Below are positions 26,310 through 37,679 of a stretch of DNA of 64,000 nt, piece by piece. The stretch spans positions 105,586,001 to 105,650,000 of the forward strand of contig OZ024744.1 in assembly GCA_964016885.1 (NCBI GenBank), read 5' to 3'. A program made the position numbers and the translations under genes. The notes below the pieces were generated by a model. It was not told the origin of the DNA. It saw only the letters and a program-made list of their open reading frames with translations, and did not search any database. Source of the stretch: Eledone cirrhosa (taxonomy: Eukaryota). Each line of letters begins with the position of its first letter. The first letter of the stretch is position 1.

Positions 26310-26641
26310 GAGCATTGGGCTTGCAATCGAAAGGTTGTGAGTTCAATTCTCAGACCGGGTGATGTGTTGTTTCCTTGAGCAAGACACTTTATTTCATATT
26401 GCTCCAGTTTACTCAGCTGTAGAAATCAGATGATAGGACTGGGGTCCCTATGATTCCATTGCAAAGTGGTCGTGGAGGTGCCACGGCAAAAAAAAAAACC
26501 CCACTCAGCCCACACTGTAAATGAGGTTGGTGTTAGGAAGGGCATCCAGCTGTAGAAATCAAGCCAGAATCGGTTCCCGTCCCACCCTTGCAAGCAGGGA
26601 AAAAGCGGACGTAAAATGATGATGATGATGATGATGATGAT
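26310..26641 (+). mobile_element. SINE family A, slightly 5'-truncated
   Basis: Matches 4427-4750; (GAT)n tail. Confidence 0.9.
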
Positions 26642-27046
26642 ATATGTGTGTGTGTGTGTGTGTGTGTGTTTTAAGAAGTTCGATAAGTTAACTGCAAAAG
26701 AAATATCATGTCATCTTTGCCTTTATTTCTATTTTCTGAACACATCTTTTCACTTTTATTGTGAAATGTGTTGCTTTCAACTGTCATAATCACATCTTCC
26801 TATTGTTTATTGAGCAAGGAATGTGACGGATGTTGTTCTCCAAGCACCACATAACTTATAATACTTTCAGTTCTTATCTATTTATTTAACGATCCACTTG
26901 TTGTTAAATAAACATTATATTTTAGTAGATTAAGTTGTAGTGCAGTACAATGGTTTAAGTAAGGTGACTGATTGCTGTTAGGATAAGTCCTCATTACCAA
27001 TTAATTGCCTTATTATATTCTAATGTGTTTATATATATATATATAC

Positions 27047-27099
<53 letters not shown>

Positions 27100-27102
<3 letters not shown>

Positions 27103-29290
27103 TTATTAAAATGACATTAAAGTTTAAGCAAAGAATCGCTGCTTTCACCCATAACGGGATCTTCTGAAACTAACAAAGTCAATCTGTAAACGCAGAAGTG
27201 GATATTTAAAAAGAACGTTGCAACCGGAGGAAGACAGAAAGACGATACTTTGGTTCGTGGAAACGTTCCCTTCACAAAACATACAGGTAATAAATACTTA
27301 CCTATGCAAATAAGTAATGGTATAAACATAACATATACTTAGCTACCACATCAAGACGTAAAATATCCACGTATAGATCGTACTATCCGTTAGGGTATAA
27401 TGTGGGGCTGTAATACAGGAAAGTTTTGTGCAATTTATGTTTACGAGCCGAAATTGCCTCAGATTTTTTGTTTAAGATATGGTCTGTGGCATAGAGTATT
27501 TCCAGGGCCTCAGCAGCGCAGAGGTCACATGGTCTTTTATTTCCATTATACGATCTAGCCCTAGCTAGGATCTCCCAGTGTAACTTATATTGGGTGTGGT
27601 TGTCTTTTAGACTCCAGATAAAAGCTGAAAGTGACGTCATATTCCTTCTTAGAGGGTAACAAAAAGAATGGGTATGCATGTAAAGACACTGCTTGAATCT
27701 ATTGGTGGTTAACCCTATGTAGGCCCTACGGGACGTGGGTGTTTCAACCTTACATTTGTAGAGAATGTTACTAGAGAGGCATTTCCCGGATAGGGAGCAA
27801 TCAACCTGATTCCTACAATTACAGTTAGTACTAACTACAGGGTTGCACGTGTTCCTACGGCTAGGTAGTTTAGCTAAATTTGAAGCTGTGATGTTATGTG
27901 CAAGGTTAGGAGTCGTAGAGTAAGAAACTTGAATAGTATTTCTATTAAAAATTTTACTATATTTATGTGTAGGGGAAAAATGCTTCGTAATAAGGGATAG
28001 AAAGATCTTAGCTAATGGTGTGGCCACCTCCATATTATTTGGTGGGTTATACCATATAATGCGACGGGATCTATTTCTTCTAGGTCTATTCTCGTACTCT
28101 GTATATGCTACCTTATCGACAAATTCACTCCGAGCAAGATCTTCATTGTAATAAGTGGAATGGTCGTTGAAAATATGCTCGTTAGTAGATAGAAACGGGA
28201 AAGCCTCAACGAAACGTTTCTTACCAGGTTCTTGGTTATGCTGGCAGGATGGTTGGAATGCTTACTTATGTAATTAAGCGTATCATTCGGCTTTCTATAC
28301 GGGTAATACAAGCCATTCGATAAATTGGGGGTAACGTCGAGGTAATTAACGACCGAGAGGTTGACCTCAACCTGTATAGAGAGGTTGAAGCCTTTAAAGA
28401 AGGCTGTGAGTTCTTTTCTGAACCTGTCGCAAGCACGAGGGCCGCACTTAGTCATGGTCAAAAGACCATCATCACGGTACAAACCACCGCCCGCGTTGGG
28501 GAATTCGTCCTTGATAGAGAAAAGAAGGAAAAGGCCGATAAGATCAGTAACCTCCGCAGAATCGCTGGCGCCCATACGTCGAATGGGGTACTATTGGATT
28601 TTTTAATCCAAATAGAGTCGTTAAAATTAATCACCGACTTACGGGCATTGAGGATGACTGAGTGTTTTAGCGAAATTGATAGCTCTAAGGAGAAGTGGTA
28701 AAGTGATGGAGGAGTAGTAATTATTGATGTCAAATTGGATAAAACGGCAATGTTCCTTGTTGCATATGCCGTTGAACCAATCAATCACCGCGAAAGAATT
28801 GTTCTAGAGTGCAAGAGGGGCCAAACTTCTAATTTCAGGTATAATTCTATCAAGAATCCTTTTACTAAGTCTACCTAAATCGGACTTCGTAGGGTTAATA
28901 AGCCGAATAGAGGGGTTGTTCTGAAAATTGGATTTGTGATCCTTCAGGGTAAAGTGGGGAGAAATAGGGTCCAGAGGTTCGGTCCGGACCGGTCCAGGAT
29001 GTTGAAATCAGAGGTGATTTTAAACCCAGCATCGTTAATTTCATTGTTGACGCACCGATTAGTTTTCCGGTAATCCTTAGTTACAGCATTATGTAGTAGT
29101 TGATGGTAAGTACTGCGCTCCACTTGATATAGGTTGCCAGTTTTGTCGGAATGGACGTGCATGGCATTAGAATCCTTAATAGAACGAATTCTATTCTTCA
29201 GGTCCTGCTGGAAGGAATTGCTCCTATTCCGAAATTTGACACTCCGTATGAGTTCCAAGACATCATTTTCGAAGGGTAGCAATGCTGGGT
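27100..29290 (-). mobile_element. Penelope-like element with RT and C-terminal GIY-YIG endonuclease (possibly Hydra clade), frameshifted and 5'-truncated
   Basis: HSDKTGNLY; PFDV.GASDSAEVTDLIG; GLYRDDGL; VNYLDV; YRKPND; CNCR..CSLSGKCL..ILYKC..AYIGLTTNRFK..H..SF; CDLCAAE..LNKKSE. Flanked by TA tracts. Confidence 0.92.
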
Positions 29291-29383
29291 TATATATATC
29301 TGTCTGTCTGTGTGTATGTGTATCCCGGGTTCAATCGGAGGTAACCATAGTAAGTAAGGTACTCAATACATAGCAGAGTATAA

Positions 29384-29508
29384 ATATTTCATATAGAAAT
29401 GGCTCCTACAGGACTAGAACTGTTTCATTCGAAGGAAATCATCAGGATGATGATTTCCTTCGAATGAAGCAGTTCTAGTCCTGTAGAAGCCATTTCTATA
29501 TTAAATAT
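29384..29508. repeat. About 125-bp near-perfect palindrome containing a hammerhead-like core
   Basis: Arms atatagaaatggct...gaaatcatca / tgatgatttc...agccatttctatat around a 3-nt loop (gga, 29445-29447); three mismatches. Confidence 0.9.
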
Positions 29509-29509
29509 A

Positions 29510-29621
29510 TATATGTATATGTGTGTGTGTATGTATGTATGTATATATATATGTGTGTGTATGTATGTATATATATATGTGTGTGTGTGTATGTATATAT
29601 ATATGTGTGTGTGTATATATG

Positions 29622-29668
<47 letters not shown>

Positions 29669-29747
29669 ATATATAAGACGGCGATGAATTTGTTTTGCGA
29701 GGTTTTTGATATGAAATCGTGTGTATATATATATATATATATATCTG

Positions 29748-29810
<63 letters not shown>
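29510..29810. repeat. (TA)/(TG) microsatellites
   Basis: Directly visible. Confidence 0.9.
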
Positions 29811-29814
29811 GCAA

Positions 29815-30078
29815 AAGTTCTATTTAAAATTGTTGGGATACAACAAGTAAATATTTTATAACTGATATAAAGCACTCGACAAGTTTTTGGAGTAGATATA
29901 CAGCTTCCAAAAATAATGGTCGCATCTAATAGGGTACGTCAAAATTATTTATAAAACTGTTTATATATTGTATTTTGTCTGATGAAGGCATACCATATTT
30001 TAATTTGGTATCCCTGAAATATATATAATGAAATAAATATGGTTTTATAAATATAGTTTCAATTTATTTAATATCGTA

Positions 30079-30080
<2 letters not shown>
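29815..30080 (+). mobile_element. AT-rich HHR-bearing element (family 2), probable PLE terminus or retrozyme-like unit
   Basis: Homologous to 36310-36394 joined to 36624-36780; flanked by (TA)n. Confidence 0.7.
29971..30035 (+). ncRNA. Type I hammerhead ribozyme motif (family 2)
   Basis: tattttgt-CTGATGA-aggcatacca[loop]tggtatccct-GAAA-t atat ATA-atgaaata; 8-bp stem I, about 9-bp stem II, palindromic AT stem III, AUA cleavage triplet. Confidence 0.8.
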
Positions 30081-30141
<61 letters not shown>

Positions 30142-30180
30142 ACGTTAAACGAAGATGATGATGATGAGATATATATATAT

Positions 30181-30394
30181 AAAAGGTAAACAGAAATAAC
30201 AACACAATCGGTACAGTATATGGAAGGTATATATTAGGTTAACGCTTGATATAGCAGGAATAGGGTCTTAACGTTTCGGATGGTAGTCCTTCATCAGAAG
30301 AAAGAATGAGAAATAAAATAGATTGAGGGGACGAGCGGGTTGGGATTGGAAAAAATGTCTTTAGATAAAAATAACAGGTCCATCCATGTTGACA
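30181..30394 (-). mobile_element. Solo Neptune-like PLE 3' terminus
   Basis: Matches 4181-4381 and 34891-35103. Confidence 0.85.
30266..30301 (-). ncRNA. Minimal hammerhead motif (family 1)
   Basis: tctt-CTGATGA-a-ggac tacc atcc-GAAAC GTT-aaga; one mismatch in stem II. Confidence 0.75.
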
Positions 30395-30412
30395 TATTTT
30401 ATGTGTATATAT

Positions 30413-30745
30413 GGAGGCACATGGCTTAGTGGTTAGAGCATTGGCCTTGCAATCGAAAGGTTGTGAGTTCAATTCTCGGACCGGGTGATGTGTTGTTTCC
30501 TTGAGCAAGACACTTTATTTCACATTGCTCCAGTTTACTCAGCTGTAAAAATGAGATGATAGGGACTGGGGTCCATATCATTCTACTGCAAAGTGGTCGT
30601 GGAGGTGCCACGGCAAAAAAGCACCCAGCACTCACTGTAAATGAGGTTGGTGTTAGGAAGGGCATCCAGCTGTAGAAATCAAGCCAGATCAGTTCCCTTC
30701 CCACCCTTGCAAGCAGGGAAAAGCGGACGTAAAATGAAACGATGA
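30413..30745 (+). mobile_element. SINE family A, full length
   Basis: A box tggcttagtgg, B box gagttcaattc, RTE-type tail. Confidence 0.92.
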
Positions 30746-30749
30746 TATA

Positions 30750-30780
<31 letters not shown>

Positions 30781-30798
30781 CTGTATATATATATGTAT

Positions 30799-31132
30799 AT
30801 CATCATCATTTTACGTCCGCTTTTCCCTGCTTGCAAGGGTGGGACGGGAACTGATACTGGCTTGATTTCTACAGCTGGATGCCCTTCCTAACACCAACCT
30901 CATTTACAGTGAGTGCTGGGTGCTTTTTTTGCCGTGGCACCTCCACGACCACTTTGCAGTAGAATGATATGGACCCCAGTCCCTATCATCTCATTTCTAC
31001 AGCTGAATAAACTGGAGCAATTTGAAATAAAGTGTCTTGCTCAAGGAAACAACACATCACCCGGTCTGAGAATTGAACTCACAACCTTTCGATTGCAAGC
31101 CCAATGCTGTAACCACTAAGTCATGTGCCTCC
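30799..31132 (-). mobile_element. SINE family A, full length, inverted
   Basis: Reverse complement of 30413-30745 at high identity. Confidence 0.92.
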
Positions 31133-31212
31133 ACTATATGTATATATATATGTGTATGTGTATATGTATATATATATATATATATATGTGTATATGTATA
31201 TATATATATGTG

Positions 31213-31249
<37 letters not shown>

Positions 31250-31250
<1 letters not shown>

Positions 31251-31790
31251 AGCCACTCAGCCTCCGGAATCTTTTCCTCCCACCCCTCTGACCCCTCCCC
31301 ATCCACACACGCACACACTCCGACCTACACCCCACCTCACACACACCTCTTCCTGAACGTGCAACCCCGTTCTTCCCCCAACTCTTACTTTCACATACAC
31401 ACACACACACCACCTTCAGCCCTCCCCGCTCGGATACCCCACCTCCCTCTCCCCACTCCACCTGCCACCACCCCTACACGCCCCACACCCTTCCACCACC
31501 TGTTTTACCTCATGTTTATTTTTATTTTTATTATGCTTTTATATTTAATTTCATTTGTACCGTTTCCTCTCACCCCCTTTTTTCTATATGTCTCTCCACC
31601 ACTCCCCTACACACCCTTAGAACTCTCTTCCCACACTTTTCACCCGAAGAAGGGCTTATGCTCGAAACGTCGTTCCCCACCACCACCCCACTCTATATTT
31701 TATTATATACATACATATATATATATATGTGTGTGTGTGTCTTGATTTTCCACCCTTTGTTTTCTGTCTTCCTGTTTATTATTTTTATAC
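31250..31790 (+). mobile_element. C-rich probable PLE 3' terminus with degenerate hammerhead (31644-31671)
   Basis: CCGAAGA-a-gggc ttat gctc-GAAAC GTC has the same architecture as family 1, with a U4C change and a weak stem I. Confidence 0.55.
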
Positions 31791-31834
31791 TTAAAAAAAA
31801 AACTTTATTCTAAATACTTTCATTATTGTAGGGA

Positions 31835-32077
31835 TGAAATAAAGTACCAGTAATGCACTGGGTAATTACTGGCCTTGTGCCTAAAGTAGAAACAATTATG
31901 TGGATTGGTAGAGGCTTGGACGCCATGCTTTGACGCATAGAATTACGGCCCTTTCCATTCTGAGTTCAAATTCCGCCGCGGTCAACTTTGCCTTTCATCC
32001 TTACGGGGTCGATAAAATAAAGTACCAGTAATGCACTGGGTAATTTGCTGGCCTTGTGCCAAAAGTAGAAACAATTA
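31835..32077 (+). mobile_element. SINE family B: tail fragment plus a full copy
   Basis: Matches 7041-7220; the 3' part is present twice. Confidence 0.85.
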
Positions 32078-32364
32078 TTGTATACTTGTATCGAAATACT
32101 ATTTTGGAGTTATTTTAATTACTAAGAAAACAACAACAACAACAACTTTCCGCCATCAAGATTAAAGCCTATAGTTGGTTTGTTTCTCTGAAATTCATTT
32201 GGCAGTAATATTTGAAATCATGACTTGCAGCTGTCACTTGTAATCCTTACATTCTTTTGTTTAGTAAAGAAGGGAGCAGTGTTGTTGTATGAGCAGAGTA
32301 AATGTTTTACAACTTTTCAGTTCTGCCTTTTACTTCTCTCGTTTTACTACATACACACACTTAG

Positions 32365-32466
32365 ATCATCATCACCATCATACGTCCGTTCTTCCACGCT
32401 AGCATGGGTTGGACGGGTTGTCCTGTTGTGGGCAGTGTCTGGTCGGCTGACCATGCCTTGCTCATA
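32365..32466 (-). mobile_element. RTE 3' tail fragment
   Basis: Reverse complement of about 3481-3580. Confidence 0.85.
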
Positions 32467-33427
32467 CACATATATATATATATACGCACACACATATATA
32501 TATATACACACACACACATATATATACACACACACACACACATATATATACACACACACACACATATATATATATACACACACACATATATATATACACA
32601 CACACATATATATATATACACACACACATATATATATACACACACATATATATATATATACACACACACACACATATATATACACACACACACACACACA
32701 TATATATACACACACACACATATATATACACACACACATATATATATACACACACACACATATATATATACACACATATACATATATATATACACACATA
32801 TATACATACACACACACACATATATATATACACATATACACACACACATATATCTACATACGTATGTATATACACACATACATACACATATACATACATG
32901 TATACATACATATCATACACTTCAGAGACTGACAGGAGAGCAGCTTTTTATATATTAGTTCCTCAGAAATGGATCCTTATTTTAAAGAAAGCTGTGTGTA
33001 TATATATGTGTGTGTATGTATATAGGCATGCATGTGTGTATGTATATATATGTTTGTATGTATGTATGTGCATGTGCGTATATGTATATGTATTTGTATG
33101 AATGTATATGTGTGTGTATATATATATATGTATTTGTATGAATGTATATATATATATATATATGTATTTGTATGAATGTGTATATATATATATATATATA
33201 TGTATTTGTATGAATGCATATAAATATATATATATGTGTGTGTGTGTATATATATATGTATTTGTATGAATGCATATAAATATATATATATATATATGTG
33301 TGTGTGTATATATATATGTATTTGTATGAATGTATATATATGTATATGTATGTATTTGTATGAATGTATATATATGTATATGTATGTATTTGTATGAATG
33401 TATATATATGTATGTGTGTGTGTGTGT
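32467..33427. repeat. (CA)/(TA)/(TG) microsatellite complex
   Basis: Directly visible, with an approx. 80-bp unique island near 32915-32995. Confidence 0.95.
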
Positions 33428-33624
33428 AAATTGCTTTACGTCAAATATTTATGCTGCTCTCTCTTCTTCTTGTCTCCTACATTCATCCATTACACGAACT
33501 GACTCCATTTTACGACATTCCCCCCTCCTTCCCCTTTCCAACTCTACATACTTCCTTACACATTTTTTAAACAGATAACACACCAACATTACACCTACAC
33601 ATTTATAAAGACTACCACTCTGTG

Positions 33625-33632
33625 AAAGAGAG

Positions 33633-33681
<49 letters not shown>

Positions 33682-34086
33682 CAGGGAGTGGGAGCTAGTG
33701 GGACAGACTGAGGGAGTGGGACAGGGAGAGAGAGACAGAGAGACAGAAGGAGTGGGACAGGGACAGAGATGGAGTGAGAGCGAGTGAGACAAAGAGTGAC
33801 TGAGAGTGAGAGACAGAGGGGGTGAGACAGACAGTGTCTTGGAGAGAGAGAGTGAGGCCGAGGGAGTGGACAGGGAGAGAGGAGTGAGAGCGAGTGAGAC
33901 AGGAAAAGAGGGAAACAGAAAGACAGTGAGAGAGTGGGACGGAGAAAATGAGTGTAAGCGAGTGAGACAGAGAGGGAGAAAATGAGAGTAAGACAGTGAG
34001 GGAGTGAGAAAATGAGTGAGTAGGACAGAAAGAGTAAGGAAGACCTCTGAGAGAGATAGAGGAAGAAAAAGAATGAAAGAGAGAGA
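33625..34086. repeat. (GA)-rich polypurine tract
   Basis: Directly visible. Confidence 0.9.
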
Positions 34087-34890
34087 TATTTTAGAGCTGA
34101 TCTTAGTAAAACTGTCCAGACTGCTGGTAGAATAATGATGTATAATATATATATAATATTAAGGATCTCCCAACCTTAAATAAGAACTTTCATTAGAAGA
34201 TTACGAAAAGATTCAATAACAAAAACATTGAATTGCCTTTTCCACTCTTTTTATAAATTTATATTTGTTTTTGTACTATTTCTCTCCTGTGATACCTTTT
34301 TCACTCTGTCATGGCTTCCCATGGATGTTTAAATTGATTAAACATATAAATATCTCCATTTGAGAATTCATAACCCTGCATTTTATATGAAACAAAGGCG
34401 AGAAGTGTAAAAAAACTCGAGAGTTTTGTAAGCTCTCTGCTTTCACCAGCTAATGTTCTAAACTTTTATGTTAAATCATCTTTAACTTCTGCCATGACTA
34501 TAAGGTCATGCATGTGTAAAGGTCAAGTCCTTTTTAGACATCTCAATTAGCCATTCAAACACACAAAATTGCCAATTTACTTTATATTTTCGTCGCCCTT
34601 TCTGCGACCTGGTCACATAGTTTCACTGCAACTTTATCTATGGAACTGTGTCAGTGACTAGGTCACAGACAGTACCATGAACAGTTTTAGACCAAGAAAT
34701 ATGTAAAGTTAACAGTTTTTATGTGTTTATAAATAACTAAACTAACTTTCACATTGAACTTGTTTTGGTTTCAACACACGCTAGCAGATAAGTACAATTT
34801 TTCTCACATTCTTTTCAATAGAATTCATCTAGTGTGAACACACTATCTTCAAGATAGTGTGTTTTACATTGATATAGTATTATATATATA

Positions 34891-36061
34891 TAAGGTAAAC
34901 AGAAATAACAACACAATCGCTACAGTATATGGAAGGAATATATTAGTTTAATGCTTGAAATAGTAGGAAGAGGGTCTTAACGTTTCGGACGCTAGTCCTT
35001 CATCAGAGGATAGAATGAGTAATAAAATAGATTGAGGGGACGGGCGGGATGGAATTGGAAAAAATATCTTTAGATAAAAATAACAGGTCCATTCATGTTG
35101 ACACCTCTTGCAAAACTGTTGGTGCTGGCGTTTTGTGTATGATTTATTTTTTTAGAAAAGTGGATGATGGAGCGCGTCTACCTGAAATGGAAAAAAAAAA
35201 CGTTTTGTAAAAAGTGCTATACTTGAACATGTGTGTGTATGTGTGTGTGTTATTATAGGTCCGTACGAAGCTAAGAAGAAATGTGTGGTGTATATGTGAG
35301 TAAAAGAGTGTGTGTGCATGTAAGTACGAAGCTATGAGCAAAAGTATGTTAATATAAGGGTGTGTATGTGTGTGTATACAGAGAGTGAAATGAAAAGTGG
35401 AGTGAGCATATATAGTCGGCCTGTATTAGTTGTAAGAGAAGCTGCTAGTGATCAAGTGAAAGCAATGGGAATCTAGGGGTGTGATAATGGACGGGGTATT
35501 AGAGAAATTGGGGAGGTGAGTTGAGTCCAAGAGGGGAATAGGACCCAAGGCAGTGAATCAGACTTCGTTCAGTCCCGATGCGCGAGGCCTGTGATCCATG
35601 ATGTAAAAGACACCCAGGACTGAACCATGTAGGGCAGAATGCCCAGGAGAACAGAAATGACGGGTGACAGGAGTATCCAAGCAAAGTCTGATGTCCCTCA
35701 AATGCTCGGCAAAACGGTCTGCCATATGGCGTCCCGTTTGTCCGATATATAAAGACCCGGAAAGGGAACACCGGAGGGTATAGACAGCGTGGGTGGATGT
35801 GCAGGTGAACGAGTGGTGGATACAGAAAGACCCGTTAGGACCTGTAAGAGTGGTGAGGGTGGAAATAAAGGGACAAGTGTTGCAGCGGGAACGAGGACAA
35901 GTGTTGAGAGCTGGGTGGAGTCGTGGGAGAGGACGGGGAGGAACTGCGAACCAGGAGGTTGCAGCTGCGCTTTAAAGCAGTAATGGGTGGGTTTGGAAAA
36001 AAGCGAGAAGTGACGGGGTCAGAAGAGAGGATACGGAAGGAACGGAGGATATGTCACCGGA

Positions 36062-36062
<1 letters not shown>
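34891..36062 (-). mobile_element. Neptune-like PLE 3' portion: Zn-linker + GIY-YIG remnant + 3' terminus with HHR
   Basis: Manual minus-strand translation: NLLVRS...RCNTCPFI..GPNGSFCIHHSFTCTSTHAVYTLRCSLSGSLYIGQTGRHMADRFAEHLRDI..PVTRHF; after a frameshift ERSLIHCLGSYSPLGLN, stop at 35499. The main frame is not in the ORF track. Confidence 0.9.
34975..35010 (-). ncRNA. Minimal hammerhead motif (family 1)
   Basis: tcct-CTGATGA-a-ggac tagc gtcc-GAAAC GTT-aaga; perfect stem II, one mismatch in stem I. Confidence 0.8.
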
Positions 36063-36108
<46 letters not shown>

Positions 36109-36109
36109 A

Positions 36110-36285
36110 TAATAATATATAGTAATAATAATTTGAAGACTAAAATCCAAAGAGGGCTCCATAAGAATAAATATATATCAAATATATAAGAACCGTAGAG
36201 CAAATATTTATTGAAATAAAGATCCCGTTAAGGGTGAAAGCAGCGATTCTTTGCTTAAACTTTAATCAATTATTTTAATAAATAT
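36110..36285 (+). mobile_element. 3' terminus related to the 27-29 kb PLE
   Basis: gatcccgtta.gggtgaaagcagcgattctttgcttaaactttaat...ttttaataaat is the reverse complement of about 27100-27165. Confidence 0.75.
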
Positions 36286-36435
36286 ATATATATATATATA
36301 TATGTAGAAGTTATATTTAATTTATTGGGATACAACAAACAAATATTTTTATAACTGATATAAAGCACTCAACAAATTTTTGGAGTAAAAATACAATATA
36401 TTAATGAATGGAAACTATATTTATAAAACCATATT

Positions 36436-36500
36436 TATTTCATTATACATATTTCAACGATACCAAAGCAAATTATGGTGCGCTTTCATCAGATAAAATA
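36436..36500 (-). ncRNA. Hammerhead motif (family 2), left arm
   Basis: tattttat-CTGATGA-...-GAAA-t atgt ATA-atgaaata; stem II partly mismatched. Confidence 0.65.
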
Positions 36501-36694
36501 TAATAAAATATAATATAGATCAGTTTTATAAACAAATATTGACATATCCTTAAAAGAATGCGACCATGTCTGTTGGAAGCTCCCGGATAGTGGGGTTATT
36601 AGTGAGTAACCCCACTATCCGGGAGCTTCCAACAGACATGGTCGCATTCTTTTAAGGGTATGTCAATATTTGTTTATAAAACTGATCTATATTA

Positions 36695-36759
36695 TATTTT
36701 ATCTGATGAAAATGCACCATAATTTGCTTTGGTGTCCTTGAAATATGTATAATGAAATA
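36695..36759 (+). ncRNA. Hammerhead motif (family 2), right arm
   Basis: tattttat-CTGATGA-aaatgcacca[loop]tggtgtcctt-GAAA-t atgt ATA-atgaaata. Confidence 0.72.
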
Positions 36760-36815
36760 AATATAGTTTCCATTTATTAATATATTGTATATATATATAT
36801 GTGTGTGTGTGTGTG

Positions 36816-36852
<37 letters not shown>

Positions 36853-36873
36853 TTGTGTGTGTGTGTATATATA

Positions 36874-36912
<39 letters not shown>

Positions 36913-37374
36913 TTATGGAAATAGCAATATAAACTGTAGATGGTAGTGGTTTCTGATTTGTTGAGGCAATTAAATATAAGGTAATTGATGGAAGACCCCG
37001 CCACTATTTAGTACCCATATGCCAGAGGAGATGAAAGCTAAAGACCTAATATTAAATCTAAATTTGACATCCTTATCTGTAACTTTAATCTCAGGAGGTT
37101 GAATAGGTTGTCATAGTACCTGTCCATTAAAACAGAAAAGAGAGGAGTTCCTAAAGAATCTTTCCTTCAACTATATGACTACACCACATTTGGAACATTT
37201 CTCATCCATTTTCCCCACATAATTTCAGTTCCATATTTTCTTAAGTCCACATTGTCTGGATATCTTTGTTTAGTATGTTTGAAGCATATCATCATCATAT
37301 TGTATGTATGTTATGTGAGTGTGTATATATATATATATACTGCCTCTCTGTTCTGTCCCTGTTCAATTTTACAT

Positions 37375-37408
<34 letters not shown>

Positions 37409-37679
37409 TTCCTACTGACCATCCCTCTATCACAAATTACTCTGCTACACACACACACACACGTCTTAATAGGCATTTGAACTGTCAACAGGCTGCGGTT
37501 CGCACACACATCCCTGCTGACCATTATCACAACAACGAACCTCTTTACTTCTACTACACACACACACACACACACACACATATTTATTTTGAAAGACTTA
37601 TTTTTCAGTGACTTCTCAATCAGCCGACACAAACCTACATTTGCCGCAAAATCAATTTTTAACATTCATATGACCTCTA

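Larger units (their letters stand above)
36310..36790. mobile_element. Family 2 HHR element with an internal 400-bp palindrome
   Basis: Inverted arms 36391-36599 and 36605-36790, centred on ggggttatt-agtg-agtaacccc. Confidence 0.85.
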
